A DNA stretch of 64,000 bases from Minisyncoccota bacterium (GTDB taxonomy: Bacteria; Patescibacteriota; Minisyncoccia; UBA6257; GWB1-50-10). The notes beneath the pieces were generated by a model. It saw only the letters and a program-made list of their open reading frames with translations. It made no database searches and had not been told where the DNA came from. Below, piece by piece: positions 28,501 to 37,777 of the stretch. The stretch covers positions 255-64,254 of the forward strand of contig DATLZO010000003.1 of NCBI GenBank assembly GCA_035573955.1, read 5' to 3'. Position 1 is the stretch's first letter, and each line of letters begins with the position of its first letter. The position numbers were made by a program, and so were the translations under genes.

Positions 28501-28532
28501 TAGGCCCCGTCAATAGGCTTGTGGATAAATCT

Positions 28533-29138
28533 TTACTCTAAAATCCCGTCCAGATTCACGTCGTATAATATCGCCTCGCCCACGAGGCGGTATTTTAGAA
28601 GCTCTTTGGACGTAAACCACAGTTCTATTTCCTTTTCTGCCTCTTCAGGCGTGCTGGAGGCGTGGATAAGGTTCCGAACCGCCCGCCCGTCCACGTCGGA
28701 AACATCGTAGGAATCTATGGTTAAATCGCCACGGATGGTGCCCACATCCGAGGTCAGGGGCTCGGTGCCGCCCGTGATTTTCCGGACAATACCCACCGCG
28801 TGCATCCCCTGCCAGACCATTGCGACGACGGGTCCGGAAGACATGTATTTCTTCAAGTTACCGAGGATAATGTCGGTTAACTTAAAAGGGTCCTCCGAAG
28901 GCGGCATCTTGCCTTTCTTGCGATAAGATTCAATGGCTTTCTCACCGGTTATCCGCCGCCATTCCGGATTCACAAGGTAGTGCTTCTCGACTAAATCAGG
29001 GTTTGGCACGAGCATCTTTATTGCCACAAGTTTCAGACCTGTCTGCTCGTAGCGGCGGATTATCTCGCCGATCAACCCTCTCTGGACACCGTCGGGTTTT
29101 ATGAGAACAAGCGTTCTTTCCGTCTTCGGGTGTTTCAT
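28533..29138 (-). CDS. ndk: nucleoside diphosphate kinase (long form with internal insertion)
   Basis: TLVLIKPDGVQRGLIGEII and NLIHASS (NxxHgSD) signatures. 201 aa versus about 140 typical. Confidence 0.8.
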   Translation of the reverse strand: MKHPKTERTLVLIKPDGVQRGLIGEIIRRYEQTGLKLVAIKMLVPNPDLVEKHYLVNPEWRRITGEKAIESYRKKGKMPPSEDPFKLTDIILGNLKKYMSSGPVVAMVWQGMHAVGIVRKITGGTEPLTSDVGTIRGDLTIDSYDVSDVDGRAVRNLIHASSTPEEAEKEIELWFTSKELLKYRLVGEAILYDVNLDGILE

Positions 29139-30553
29139 GTTCGTTTTTCTTTGCTTTCGACTTTGAGATGAAGTTCCTTCAGTTGTTCGTTAGTCAAACC
29201 GGATGGCGCTTTCATCATCGGGTCGCGCCCGTCGCCGGTCTTCGGGAAAGCGGTAACCTCGCGGATGTTCGGTTCGTTTTCCAGTATCATCATCAATCGG
29301 TCGATGCCCGGCGCAATACCGCCGTGCGGAGGCACACCATAACCGAATGCCTCGAATATGTGGCCGAAATCCTCCTTAACTTTCTCCGGTTCGTTGCCTA
29401 GCGCCTCGAAAACGGCTTGGAGCAATTCCGGATCGTGTATGCGGATGGAACCGCCTCCGACCTCATAACCGTTAAGGACAAAATCGTACTGGTTAGCGAT
29501 CATCGAGAGCGGGTTCTTACGGAACGATGATTTGAAATCCGCGACATTCTCTACGCGCGGCATGGTGAACGGGTGGTGGACCGCACCGTATGTGCCGTCA
29601 TCCTTCTTTTCGAACATAGGAAAATTGATGACAAAGGCGAAAGCGAGTTCGTTGGGGTCGTCTTTTTCTTTCCGCAAATCCGGTTTATCGGTGCCATATT
29701 TTTCTATTGCCTCTTCGTAGGAAATTCTCGGAAATGGTTTTTCTGTGATTTTCTTATCCGGATAAAGTTTCTCGACAAGCGCAGTGAAAAGGTCTTCGGT
29801 CAACTCAAGGACGTCATCCTGCGAGACAAAACTCATCTCGAGATCGAGCTGCGTAAACTCCGGCTGGCGATCTCCCCGCGTGTCCTCGTCCCGGAAACAG
29901 CGGGCAATCTGAAAATATCTTTCAATTCCGGCGACCATCAAAAGCTGTTTGTACTGCTGGGGCGACTGCGGCAAAGCGTAGAACTTGCCGGCGTGAACGC
30001 GGGAAGGTACAACGTAATCGCGTGCACCCTCCGGCGTCGATTTGGAAAGTATCGGCGTCTCGATCTCGGTAAAATCCCTTTCCGTGAGATAATCTCGGAT
30101 GAATTTTATGGCTTTTGCACGATTGCGGATGTTTTTCTGCATTCGCGGCCTGCGGAGATCAAGATAGCGGTACTTCATCCTAACTTCCTCACCTATATCG
30201 TAACCATCTCCGTCGGTTGCAATAGGTAGTGTTGCATGTGTTTCATTTATTACCTCGAGTTCTTTTGCTAAAACTTCATAATCTCCGCTGGGAATTTTAG
30301 GATTCTCCATCCCTTTTGGTCTTTTGTTTACTTCGCCAGTAACGCCTATAACAAATGCGGTTCTTAGTTTTTCTGCAGCCTTGTGCGATTCGGGGTATTT
30401 TTTAGGGTTAAAAACAACCTGAACAACACCGCTCATATCCCGCAAATCAATAAAAATAAGCCCGCCGTGGTCGCGACGGGAATCCACCCAGCCCTTCAGC
30501 TCAACTTCCTCACCCTCCCGGTTTGCAATTTCTCTCGTTAAAGTCCTGGACAT
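29135..30553 (-). CDS. aspS: aspartyl-tRNA synthetase (short, archaeal/ND-type length)
   Basis: N-terminal OB anticodon-binding domain. Class II motif 2 FQIARCFRDEDTRGDRQPEFTQLD. No GAD insertion (472 aa). Confidence 0.8.
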   Translation of the reverse strand: MSRTLTREIANREGEEVELKGWVDSRRDHGGLIFIDLRDMSGVVQVVFNPKKYPESHKAAEKLRTAFVIGVTGEVNKRPKGMENPKIPSGDYEVLAKELEVINETHATLPIATDGDGYDIGEEVRMKYRYLDLRRPRMQKNIRNRAKAIKFIRDYLTERDFTEIETPILSKSTPEGARDYVVPSRVHAGKFYALPQSPQQYKQLLMVAGIERYFQIARCFRDEDTRGDRQPEFTQLDLEMSFVSQDDVLELTEDLFTALVEKLYPDKKITEKPFPRISYEEAIEKYGTDKPDLRKEKDDPNELAFAFVINFPMFEKKDDGTYGAVHHPFTMPRVENVADFKSSFRKNPLSMIANQYDFVLNGYEVGGGSIRIHDPELLQAVFEALGNEPEKVKEDFGHIFEAFGYGVPPHGGIAPGIDRLMMILENEPNIREVTAFPKTGDGRDPMMKAPSGLTNEQLKELHLKVESKEKRT

Positions 30554-30559
30554 TGGTTT

Positions 30560-31438
30560 TTATTTTACACCACCGCTTTTGAAAATTCTAATATTCCCGT
30601 CTCCAATTAGAAACTTAACCGTTCCATCCAAGTCTGTCCGGAAAATGCGGGCACCGGCCCCGCCAATTCTTTCTAATGCTTCTTTCGTCGGATGACCGTA
30701 GCTGTTTTTACCGACTTCGATCACCGCAACTGCGGGACTTATTGCCGCAAGGAAATTCGCCGATGATGAAAATTTGGAACCGTGATGAGCAACTTTTAAA
30801 ATATCCAAATTACCCACGGAGGCCGCGATTTTTTCTTCAACATCAGCATTGATATCGCCGGTAAAAAGAATTTTGGAATCTTTACTCGAAAGTTCGGCCA
30901 CTATCGAAGTGTCGTTCAGTTCCTTACTTGCAATCAAAGCCAGCGACGGTGAAAGAACATCAAACCGGCTTTCTCCGTGGCGGATGACATCGCCCGCCGA
31001 GAGCGACACAGTTTTTATCGAATTTCCGTCAAGCACCCGCTTCAGATCAGCAAACGCGCTTATTTCTCCCTCCCGACCGTTCGTAAGAAATGCTCCCACT
31101 TTGTAGCGCTTCAAAACCTCAACCAATCCGCCGAAATGATCGAGTTGCGGATGACTCATCATCACTAAATCAATGTAGCGGTTACCAACGGGCATCACCT
31201 TGGCAAGTTCTTCTAAAACCCGGCCGTTGGGCGGTCCGCCATCAATAAGGATTCTTACGCCGCCCGGCAGTTCGACGAGCTCGCTATCGCCCTGGCCAAC
31301 GCTCAAAAAATATATTTTCAAGTCGTTCTTTTCCGTTCCCGCCCGCCCGATCTGCAAGAAAACCAGAAAATCCAAAACGACGAGCGCTGCTAGAATAATG
31401 ATGATCTTATTTCTATGTCCGGCTAACTTTTCCCACAT
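30560..31438 (-). CDS. ComEC C-terminal metallo-beta-lactamase-fold protein
   Basis: Signal/TM segment, then an MBL fold (HPQLDHFGG ... HHGS). Separate ORF in a different frame from the ComEC membrane part. Confidence 0.7.
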   Translation of the reverse strand: MWEKLAGHRNKIIIILAALVVLDFLVFLQIGRAGTEKNDLKIYFLSVGQGDSELVELPGGVRILIDGGPPNGRVLEELAKVMPVGNRYIDLVMMSHPQLDHFGGLVEVLKRYKVGAFLTNGREGEISAFADLKRVLDGNSIKTVSLSAGDVIRHGESRFDVLSPSLALIASKELNDTSIVAELSSKDSKILFTGDINADVEEKIAASVGNLDILKVAHHGSKFSSSANFLAAISPAVAVIEVGKNSYGHPTKEALERIGGAGARIFRTDLDGTVKFLIGDGNIRIFKSGGVK

Positions 31439-32849
31439 AAAAGATAAAAATAACAAGAGCTGCGTAGTAGAAAATGATAAACAACCAGCTGGCGCCTGCG
31501 CCAATAGGTACGCTTATTTTCGCAAAAAGTTCAATAACGAGCATCTCAAATTTTAAAAACACAGAAAGAGCGAGAGCTAAGATGGTGGTTAGAGAATCTA
31601 TAAAAAGCCCCAAAAAAGCGGTAAGAAATCCCAAAAACATTGTGATAGGAATGAGTTCTAAAACTAAAACGTTCGCGGCAAGCGAGATTAGGGAAAAACT
31701 TCCGAAACTTGAAATTAAAAGCGGTGCGACCATAAGTTGAGCCGAAGCGGTTGTTAGAAGATTTTCCTTCCATGATAAAAATCCCTTGTCTTCACCGATT
31801 TTGAGAAATCTCACAATCGCCGGCCGGAGATAGATGATACCGACCAAGGCAAGAAAAGAGAGTTGAAAACCAATATCAAAAACTAGCACTTTGGGATTTT
31901 GAAGCACCATGAGAAAGCCAGCAAGGATAATGGCGTTTCGGAAATCAAAAAGCCGGCCGACTTCACCCGCCAACATCGCTAAAATTCCCATAATGGCGGC
32001 CCGGACAACCGAGGCCTCGGCACCGGTCATAAGCACGAAACCGACAATCACGAGCACGGTGAGAACAAAAGAAAATCGGCGGGAAAGAAACCAAATAAAG
32101 AGAATGGCGAGGGACTTAATGATAATTGTGATGTTGTAGCCGGAGAGAGCCACAAGATGCGTCGTGCCGCTCTTCGCCATTGCTTCTTTGAAATCGGCTG
32201 AAAATTCTCCTCGCTCACCCAAAGTGAGACCGGAAACAAAGGCTGCCTCCTTCGCCGGCAAAACTCGCTGGAATGAACCGATAACGGCGTTTTTTATTTC
32301 GAAGAGGGATGTTTTTATCTTACTCTTCCTGCCGCTCCCGATTTTCTCCACCTCGGCGAAAGTGACTACCCCGCTTATTCTTTCCTTGCTTAAATACCGA
32401 GCATAACTCCCGGCAAACGGCTTTTCTATTTTGCCTTCAATGTTTACCTCATCGCCGTAGCGGAACTCCGGGTAGCGAGCGGTCTTTATCAAAATATTGC
32501 CGCTAAAAGGCAGATTCAATTTTAGTTTGAACTCCTGGCTTGCTGTCTTTAAAACCGGGTTGGAAACGATGACGCCGGAAAATGTTGTTTTCCCGCCGAA
32601 AGGGACATTGATGCTTCTCCGGAATTTCATGTCATCGGCTGTGTAATAGAGTGCGCCGAGAACTGCGAGAAGCGACAAACCGGTGAGCCAGAGAAATCTA
32701 CTGTCTCCGCGCCGAAGACCCAAAAACAAAAAAATAACCACTGCCGCAAAGACCAGAAACAGCGTCCAGAATTTCATTCCCACACTCGCTAACAAAACAC
32801 CGCCCAGAAAGAAAAAAGCCCCGAAAAAGAGTATGTCATAAGGAGGCAT
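31413..32849 (-). CDS. comEC: ComEC/Rec2-family competence membrane channel (N-terminal and competence domains)
   Basis: Polytopic membrane protein with a DUF4131-like N-terminus and competence domain. Start set at MPPYDILFF. Confidence 0.7.
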   Translation of the reverse strand: MPPYDILFFGAFFFLGGVLLASVGMKFWTLFLVFAAVVIFLFLGLRRGDSRFLWLTGLSLLAVLGALYYTADDMKFRRSINVPFGGKTTFSGVIVSNPVLKTASQEFKLKLNLPFSGNILIKTARYPEFRYGDEVNIEGKIEKPFAGSYARYLSKERISGVVTFAEVEKIGSGRKSKIKTSLFEIKNAVIGSFQRVLPAKEAAFVSGLTLGERGEFSADFKEAMAKSGTTHLVALSGYNITIIIKSLAILFIWFLSRRFSFVLTVLVIVGFVLMTGAEASVVRAAIMGILAMLAGEVGRLFDFRNAIILAGFLMVLQNPKVLVFDIGFQLSFLALVGIIYLRPAIVRFLKIGEDKGFLSWKENLLTTASAQLMVAPLLISSFGSFSLISLAANVLVLELIPITMFLGFLTAFLGLFIDSLTTILALALSVFLKFEMLVIELFAKISVPIGAGASWLFIIFYYAALVIFIFYVGKVSRT

Positions 32850-32889
32850 ATTGCTTATTCTATAAAATTCGGGCAGAATGGTTTCCGTT

Positions 32890-33459
32890 ATGCTTTCGTA
32901 CAATGAATTAAAAGTCGGGACGCTTTTTGTGAAGGATGGCGAACCGTACGAGGTCCTGGAATACGCCTTCGTCCGAATGCAGCAGCGCAAACCCGTCGCA
33001 CAGTTGAAAATCAAAAATCTTATTTCCGGCAAGGTCCGGGAATATAGCGCTCACCAGAACGAATCTTTCGAAGAAGCTGATATCGAGAAGACACCCGTTC
33101 AGTTCATCTACCATAGCAAGGGACAGTACTGGTTCCATGAAGTCGGAAAACCCTCAGCCCGATTCTTCCTGACCGACGAAATAGTGGGCGAAGCCGGCGA
33201 ATACCTCAAGCAAAACATCGAGGTGAAAGCGTTCAAGTTCGGTAATAAGATCATCAACATTGAACCGCCGATAAAAGTGGATTTGAAAGTAATAGAAGCG
33301 CCACCGGGTATAAAGGGCAATACCGCACAAGGCGGCACCAAGACCGTAACCCTCGAGACCGGGGCTAAAGTTAATGTTCCCCTTTTCGTGAATGAAGGCG
33401 ATGTTGTTCGCATTAATACTTCGACCGGCGACTACGTCGAGCGGGTAGAGAAATCTTGA
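32890..33459 (+). CDS. efp: elongation factor P
   Basis: MLSYNELKVG..VKDGEPYEV aligns to the EF-P N-terminus. Three OB/KOW-like domains. Confidence 0.85.
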   Translation: MLSYNELKVGTLFVKDGEPYEVLEYAFVRMQQRKPVAQLKIKNLISGKVREYSAHQNESFEEADIEKTPVQFIYHSKGQYWFHEVGKPSARFFLTDEIVGEAGEYLKQNIEVKAFKFGNKIINIEPPIKVDLKVIEAPPGIKGNTAQGGTKTVTLETGAKVNVPLFVNEGDVVRINTSTGDYVERVEKS

Positions 33460-33580
33460 ATATAGGAAAAAGACAATACCGGAGTATTGACTTTAACTAG
33501 ATATCCCAACATCAGACTACGCCATAGTTATTTTGCCATGGCTTAATAAATTGGTAACTTACTGGCGGAAAAAGTTTTAA

Positions 33581-35404
33581 TTACTTATTTTCTAAAGCTT
33601 TCCGAAGAGCCTCGCGAAGACCGGCTACATCCTGCTCTGTTCTTACACGCTCCGGTTTTTTAACTTTTTCTTCTTGTGATGTAAGTCCGCTAAGCCCAAT
33701 CGAAGTCTCTGTTTCCTCCTGCGGTGTGCTCTCGCGGATAATAGATGGCGGCCGGGGCGGTTTTGCACCATGTTTGTGCCTTCTCTTTGTATGCAGTTCT
33801 CCGGAAAAAGACCGTTCCGGAGGAAGACCGCGGCCGACGCTCATCTCACTCTCACCTTTACTTTCAAACTCGATACCAAGAGCCGAAAGGTCACTCACAT
33901 ATTCTTTCTGGGGACGGCCCGTAAAGAGCTTGGTCGGTAGAGGTTTTAAAGTCCCTTCCTCGATCTTTGCAAAGCAATCACTGCAGTAAACCGGGCGGCC
34001 GGACTCGGGTTTGAATGGCACGATCGCTGGCTTGCCGCAGATGGAGCAGACAGCCTCAAACTTACCGCTCTCTATTTTCGCCTCCCCTAAACCCATCCCG
34101 CTCCAGCGATTTATCTCTTCCTCTACCACTTTGCGCGGCCGGGCGTAGCGCCTGATTGATGAGGCGATGACTTTTTCTTTAATGAGAGGTGATGTCTGAA
34201 CCTTAAAAGGCGGCAGCGTCCGCGATGAAAAAGGCCTACTTGTCACGCCGTCCACCATTAGTTTCAAATAGATATGGTAGTTCGGGAGATTCACGATGTC
34301 TTGAATGGTAAACTCCGGTGTGAACTCCGGCTCGAGATACTCGGCATCCGCAGCACCCACCCTAAAAAGGATCATTGTCCCTACGTTGCCGAATATGGCA
34401 TCGCGGACCTTGGTCGAGGTGTCGGTCACAAGCTGGCCGATGTACTGGTGAGCCAGTATCAAATTCAGTCGGTATTTCCTGGCCTCAGATAGTATGCCAG
34501 CGAATGAATCGGTCGCGAAATTCTGAAACTCGTCGACATAGAGGTAAAAATCAACTCGCTCGTCTTCGGGGATTCGGACGCGCTCCATCGCGGAAAGCTG
34601 GATCTTGGTGATTATCATCGCTCCGAGGAGCGCGGAATTGTCCTCACCGATTCGTCCTTTCGAGACGTTCACAAGAAATATCTTTCCTTCGTTCATTATC
34701 TTGAAAATGTCTATCGTACTCTTCGACTGGCCGACAATGTTCCTGATGATGGAGGTGGAAAGGAACTGACCGACCTTGTTCTGGATCGGCGCAATAGCCT
34801 CATTGCGAAACTTATCTTGCCACTCCTCGTACTCATGGACCCAGAAAGCCTTAACCACAGGGTCCTTAAGGTTCGCTATTATCTTCTGCCGGTAGTCTTT
34901 GTCAACGAGTATCCGGGTGATGCCGAGAAGCGTTGAGTCCGGCGTGTCGAGAAGTGCAAGAACGGCGTTGTTCATAATGTATTCCATTCGAGCCGACCAG
35001 ACGTTCGCCCAAATTTTAGTGAAAATACCCATGAGACCCGACGCGACGAGATGTTTGTACTTAGGATCGGGTAGTTCCAGGACATTGAAACCGATATGGT
35101 GCTCGGTATCGGCAGGATTGAAATATATTACGTCGTCGAGGCGTTCATCAGGGATTTTGGAGAGAATGTCCTCGACAAGCTCACCGTGGGGGTCAACGAC
35201 GCAAACACCCTCGCCGTTTGCGATATCCTGGACAATCATGTTGTGAAGAAGGGCGCTCTTGCCGGTGCCGGTCTTGCCGATGATATACATGTGTTGCCGC
35301 CGGTCGCGGCGCTTCACACCGAAAAGGCGGTTCTGGCCACGAAAATCGGTGCGCCCGAAAAAGATAATGTCTTTGCTCGTCGCCGATGTTGAAGAATTAG
35401 CCAT
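33581..35404 (-). CDS. TraD/VirD4/DUF87-like P-loop NTPase with C-terminal zinc ribbon and disordered tail
   Basis: Walker A YIIGKTGTGKSALL, Walker B-like FYLYVDEFQNF, and the CSICGKPAIVPFKPESGRPVYCSDCF CxxC..CxxC ribbon. 607 aa. Confidence 0.55.
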   Translation of the reverse strand: MANSSTSATSKDIIFFGRTDFRGQNRLFGVKRRDRRQHMYIIGKTGTGKSALLHNMIVQDIANGEGVCVVDPHGELVEDILSKIPDERLDDVIYFNPADTEHHIGFNVLELPDPKYKHLVASGLMGIFTKIWANVWSARMEYIMNNAVLALLDTPDSTLLGITRILVDKDYRQKIIANLKDPVVKAFWVHEYEEWQDKFRNEAIAPIQNKVGQFLSTSIIRNIVGQSKSTIDIFKIMNEGKIFLVNVSKGRIGEDNSALLGAMIITKIQLSAMERVRIPEDERVDFYLYVDEFQNFATDSFAGILSEARKYRLNLILAHQYIGQLVTDTSTKVRDAIFGNVGTMILFRVGAADAEYLEPEFTPEFTIQDIVNLPNYHIYLKLMVDGVTSRPFSSRTLPPFKVQTSPLIKEKVIASSIRRYARPRKVVEEEINRWSGMGLGEAKIESGKFEAVCSICGKPAIVPFKPESGRPVYCSDCFAKIEEGTLKPLPTKLFTGRPQKEYVSDLSALGIEFESKGESEMSVGRGLPPERSFSGELHTKRRHKHGAKPPRPPSIIRESTPQEETETSIGLSGLTSQEEKVKKPERVRTEQDVAGLREALRKALENK

Positions 35405-35427
35405 AACTCTTGATTATTTAAATGATA

Positions 35428-36468
35428 TCACTTGACGATGCGGCTTACATCGGACCAAGTGATAATTATCATCAGAACGATAAGAAAAATGAAACCGGCG
35501 GTGTTTACTGCAACCTGTACCCGCCGTGGGACAGGCTTCCGGCGGATCTTCTCGAAAACGAGCATTAGGAACCTCCCACCGTCCAGAGCGGGGAAAGGAA
35601 TGAGATTAAGGACCGCCAGGTTCAACGATATGAAAGCGAGGAGCTGGAAGAAATAGACAAGCCCCAATTCCCCCGCCTGCGTTCCCAGGACGAAAATGCC
35701 GACCGGGCCAGCCACGGTGTCAAGAACTTCGGGACTCACAAAGAGATGGCCGAAGAAGGTCCAAAGGCCAACTACGATTAATTTCAGCGTCTCCGCGGCG
35801 ACAGAGAAACCTTTCACGATGCTCCGACCGAGGGGTTCTCTGGCAAATCCGATATCTGCCAAACTCACTCCCAGCCGCCCTTCGCCTTCCGGTGGATTCT
35901 CGCGCGGTTCGAGCCGGAAATCCGCGATCTCATCACCTCGCCGGACCGTGAGAAGTATCGTGCTGTCCGCATCACGAATCTTCTCTGCGAAAATGTCACT
36001 CCTTATCGGGTCGCCGAGAACAACGCCGCCAATAGTCGCCTCGATAATCACGTCTCCACTTTCTAGTCCCGCTGTCTCCGCCGGCGAACCGGGGGAAACG
36101 TCAACAATCATAAGGTGTTCCGGTGCACCGACGGCGAAGACGCCGGTCAAAATAAACCACCCTAGAACGATATTCATCAGCACACCCGCGAGGATTATAG
36201 CCGAACGTCGGGAAACAGGCGCATCGTTGAAACTGTTCTTCACGGGTTCCCCTTCGCCATCCTCGCCGGACATTTTCACGAATCCGCCGAAAGGCAGAAG
36301 ATTCAAGCTGTAGAGCGTGCCGCCAAATTTCTTTCCGAAAAGCCGCGGCGGGAAACCAATGCCGAATTCCTCCACTCCCACACCAGAGAGCTTGGCCGCT
36401 AAAAAATGACCGAACTCGTGAACTAATATGAGGGCCGAAAGGCCGATAATGACGAGAACGACCATCAT
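35428..36468 (-). CDS. rseP: RIP metalloprotease RseP (site-2 protease with PDZ)
   Basis: HEFGHF in the first transmembrane helix, a PDZ domain, and a C-terminal LDGG motif. Confidence 0.85.
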   Translation of the reverse strand: MMVVLVIIGLSALILVHEFGHFLAAKLSGVGVEEFGIGFPPRLFGKKFGGTLYSLNLLPFGGFVKMSGEDGEGEPVKNSFNDAPVSRRSAIILAGVLMNIVLGWFILTGVFAVGAPEHLMIVDVSPGSPAETAGLESGDVIIEATIGGVVLGDPIRSDIFAEKIRDADSTILLTVRRGDEIADFRLEPRENPPEGEGRLGVSLADIGFAREPLGRSIVKGFSVAAETLKLIVVGLWTFFGHLFVSPEVLDTVAGPVGIFVLGTQAGELGLVYFFQLLAFISLNLAVLNLIPFPALDGGRFLMLVFEKIRRKPVPRRVQVAVNTAGFIFLIVLMIIITWSDVSRIVK

Positions 36469-37019
36469 TCTTCTATTTCGGTCATCTTGGCAGCCAAAGC
36501 TGTCTCGATTAACTTGTTGACGCGCTCCGTCTCCTCCTGGATTTTCTCGCGCAGCTTGAATTTCATATCTTCACTCACTTCGCCGGATTTGAAAGCGACT
36601 TCTATCGCCTTCATCACGTCGTCCCGCAAATTGCGCACCTTTATGCGGCTGTCCTCAGCGAGACGACCTACGAGTTTTACAAGTTCCTTGCGCCGCTCGA
36701 CGGAGATTTCCGGCAGATGAACCCTCACAGTGTTGCCTTGGGGAGCAGCCGATAGACCAAGCGGCGCGGATTCAATCGCTTTCAATACCTCCGGAATAAC
36801 ACTGGAGTCCCAAACATTTATAACGATGTCGCGAGGCGGCTCGACAGAGATCGAACCGACCTGGTTCAGGGTGAGTTTCTGGCCATAATATTCCACCCGC
36901 ACGGCATCGAGGATAGCAGGCGTCGGCCGGCTCGTCCGGACACCACCAAGCTCTTTTTTGAAAGTCTCAGTTATTTCACTAGTTCCGGACCTGAAATCTG
37001 CAATCGGGTCATTCATCAT
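36465..37019 (-). CDS. frr: ribosome recycling factor
   Basis: 184-aa RRF-length sequence next to rseP. Confidence 0.85.
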   Translation of the reverse strand: MMNDPIADFRSGTSEITETFKKELGGVRTSRPTPAILDAVRVEYYGQKLTLNQVGSISVEPPRDIVINVWDSSVIPEVLKAIESAPLGLSAAPQGNTVRVHLPEISVERRKELVKLVGRLAEDSRIKVRNLRDDVMKAIEVAFKSGEVSEDMKFKLREKIQEETERVNKLIETALAAKMTEIEE

Positions 37020-37777
37020 CTCAGTTTATATTCTAATGCTTTTCGTTGGAGATTGGTATTTAAATTGAATCTTTTGAGAGCTGCTTCCCGGCTGACAAGC
37101 CATTTGAGACGCTCGATGTTTTCTTTGACGCCTTTGAAGTAAAGTTCGGCGGCCTTCTCGGAAATTTCACTCTCGAGATTGTCCTTAGCGATCTTTATTT
37201 TCTTTCTCAGTTTCAAGGCTCGCCCCAGGCGTCCGAAGGACTTCTCGGCAAGCGCAGAAGCTCCCTCCGCCGGAACATTATAGTGTTCAATGAGTATCGC
37301 CTTCAACTCGTCTTTGCAAAAAGAACGGAAGTAAACCTTCCGCAGTCGCGAGCGGAGTGGGGCAAAGAGTGTTCGGGGTTCCTCGGCAACGAAGATGATG
37401 GTCGACGCTTCGCCCGGCTCCTCGACAATTTTCAACATCGCACTCTGCGCCTCCCGGGTAAGCGTCTTGGCATCGTTTATAACAACGAGCCTCCTTGACG
37501 AACGCAGTGGTTTTTGCGAAAGGAAATACCTCACACCACGAACAGCTTCAATACCAATCGTTCCTTTCTCGTCCGGTTCCACGAACATGGAGTCGATGAG
37601 TACGTCATTTTTGATGTTGAAAGACCCAAATTCGAGGGCAAATGCGAGCAGTCTCGCAAAATGATATTTCCCTATTTCCGGACTGCCATAAAAAAGATAA
37701 GCGTGGCCTAAACGGTCGCACTCTATCAATTTTCTGAACGCCTCCAGTTTGTCCTCGTGACCGTGAAGTACGCTCAT
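37016..37777 (-). CDS. holB: DNA polymerase III delta-prime subunit
   Basis: GHAYLFYGSPEIGK AAA+ clamp-loader motif. Confidence 0.75.
   Translation of the reverse strand: MSVLHGHEDKLEAFRKLIECDRLGHAYLFYGSPEIGKYHFARLLAFALEFGSFNIKNDVLIDSMFVEPDEKGTIGIEAVRGVRYFLSQKPLRSSRRLVVINDAKTLTREAQSAMLKIVEEPGEASTIIFVAEEPRTLFAPLRSRLRKVYFRSFCKDELKAILIEHYNVPAEGASALAEKSFGRLGRALKLRKKIKIAKDNLESEISEKAAELYFKGVKENIERLKWLVSREAALKRFNLNTNLQRKALEYKLR

Noticed and set aside
29573-30229. 218-aa plus-strand ORF
   Set aside because: It is antisense to aspS, so it is a shadow ORF.
35696-36313. 205-aa plus-strand ORF
   Set aside because: It is antisense to rseP. It is low-complexity and Ser/Pro/Arg-rich, so it is a shadow ORF.
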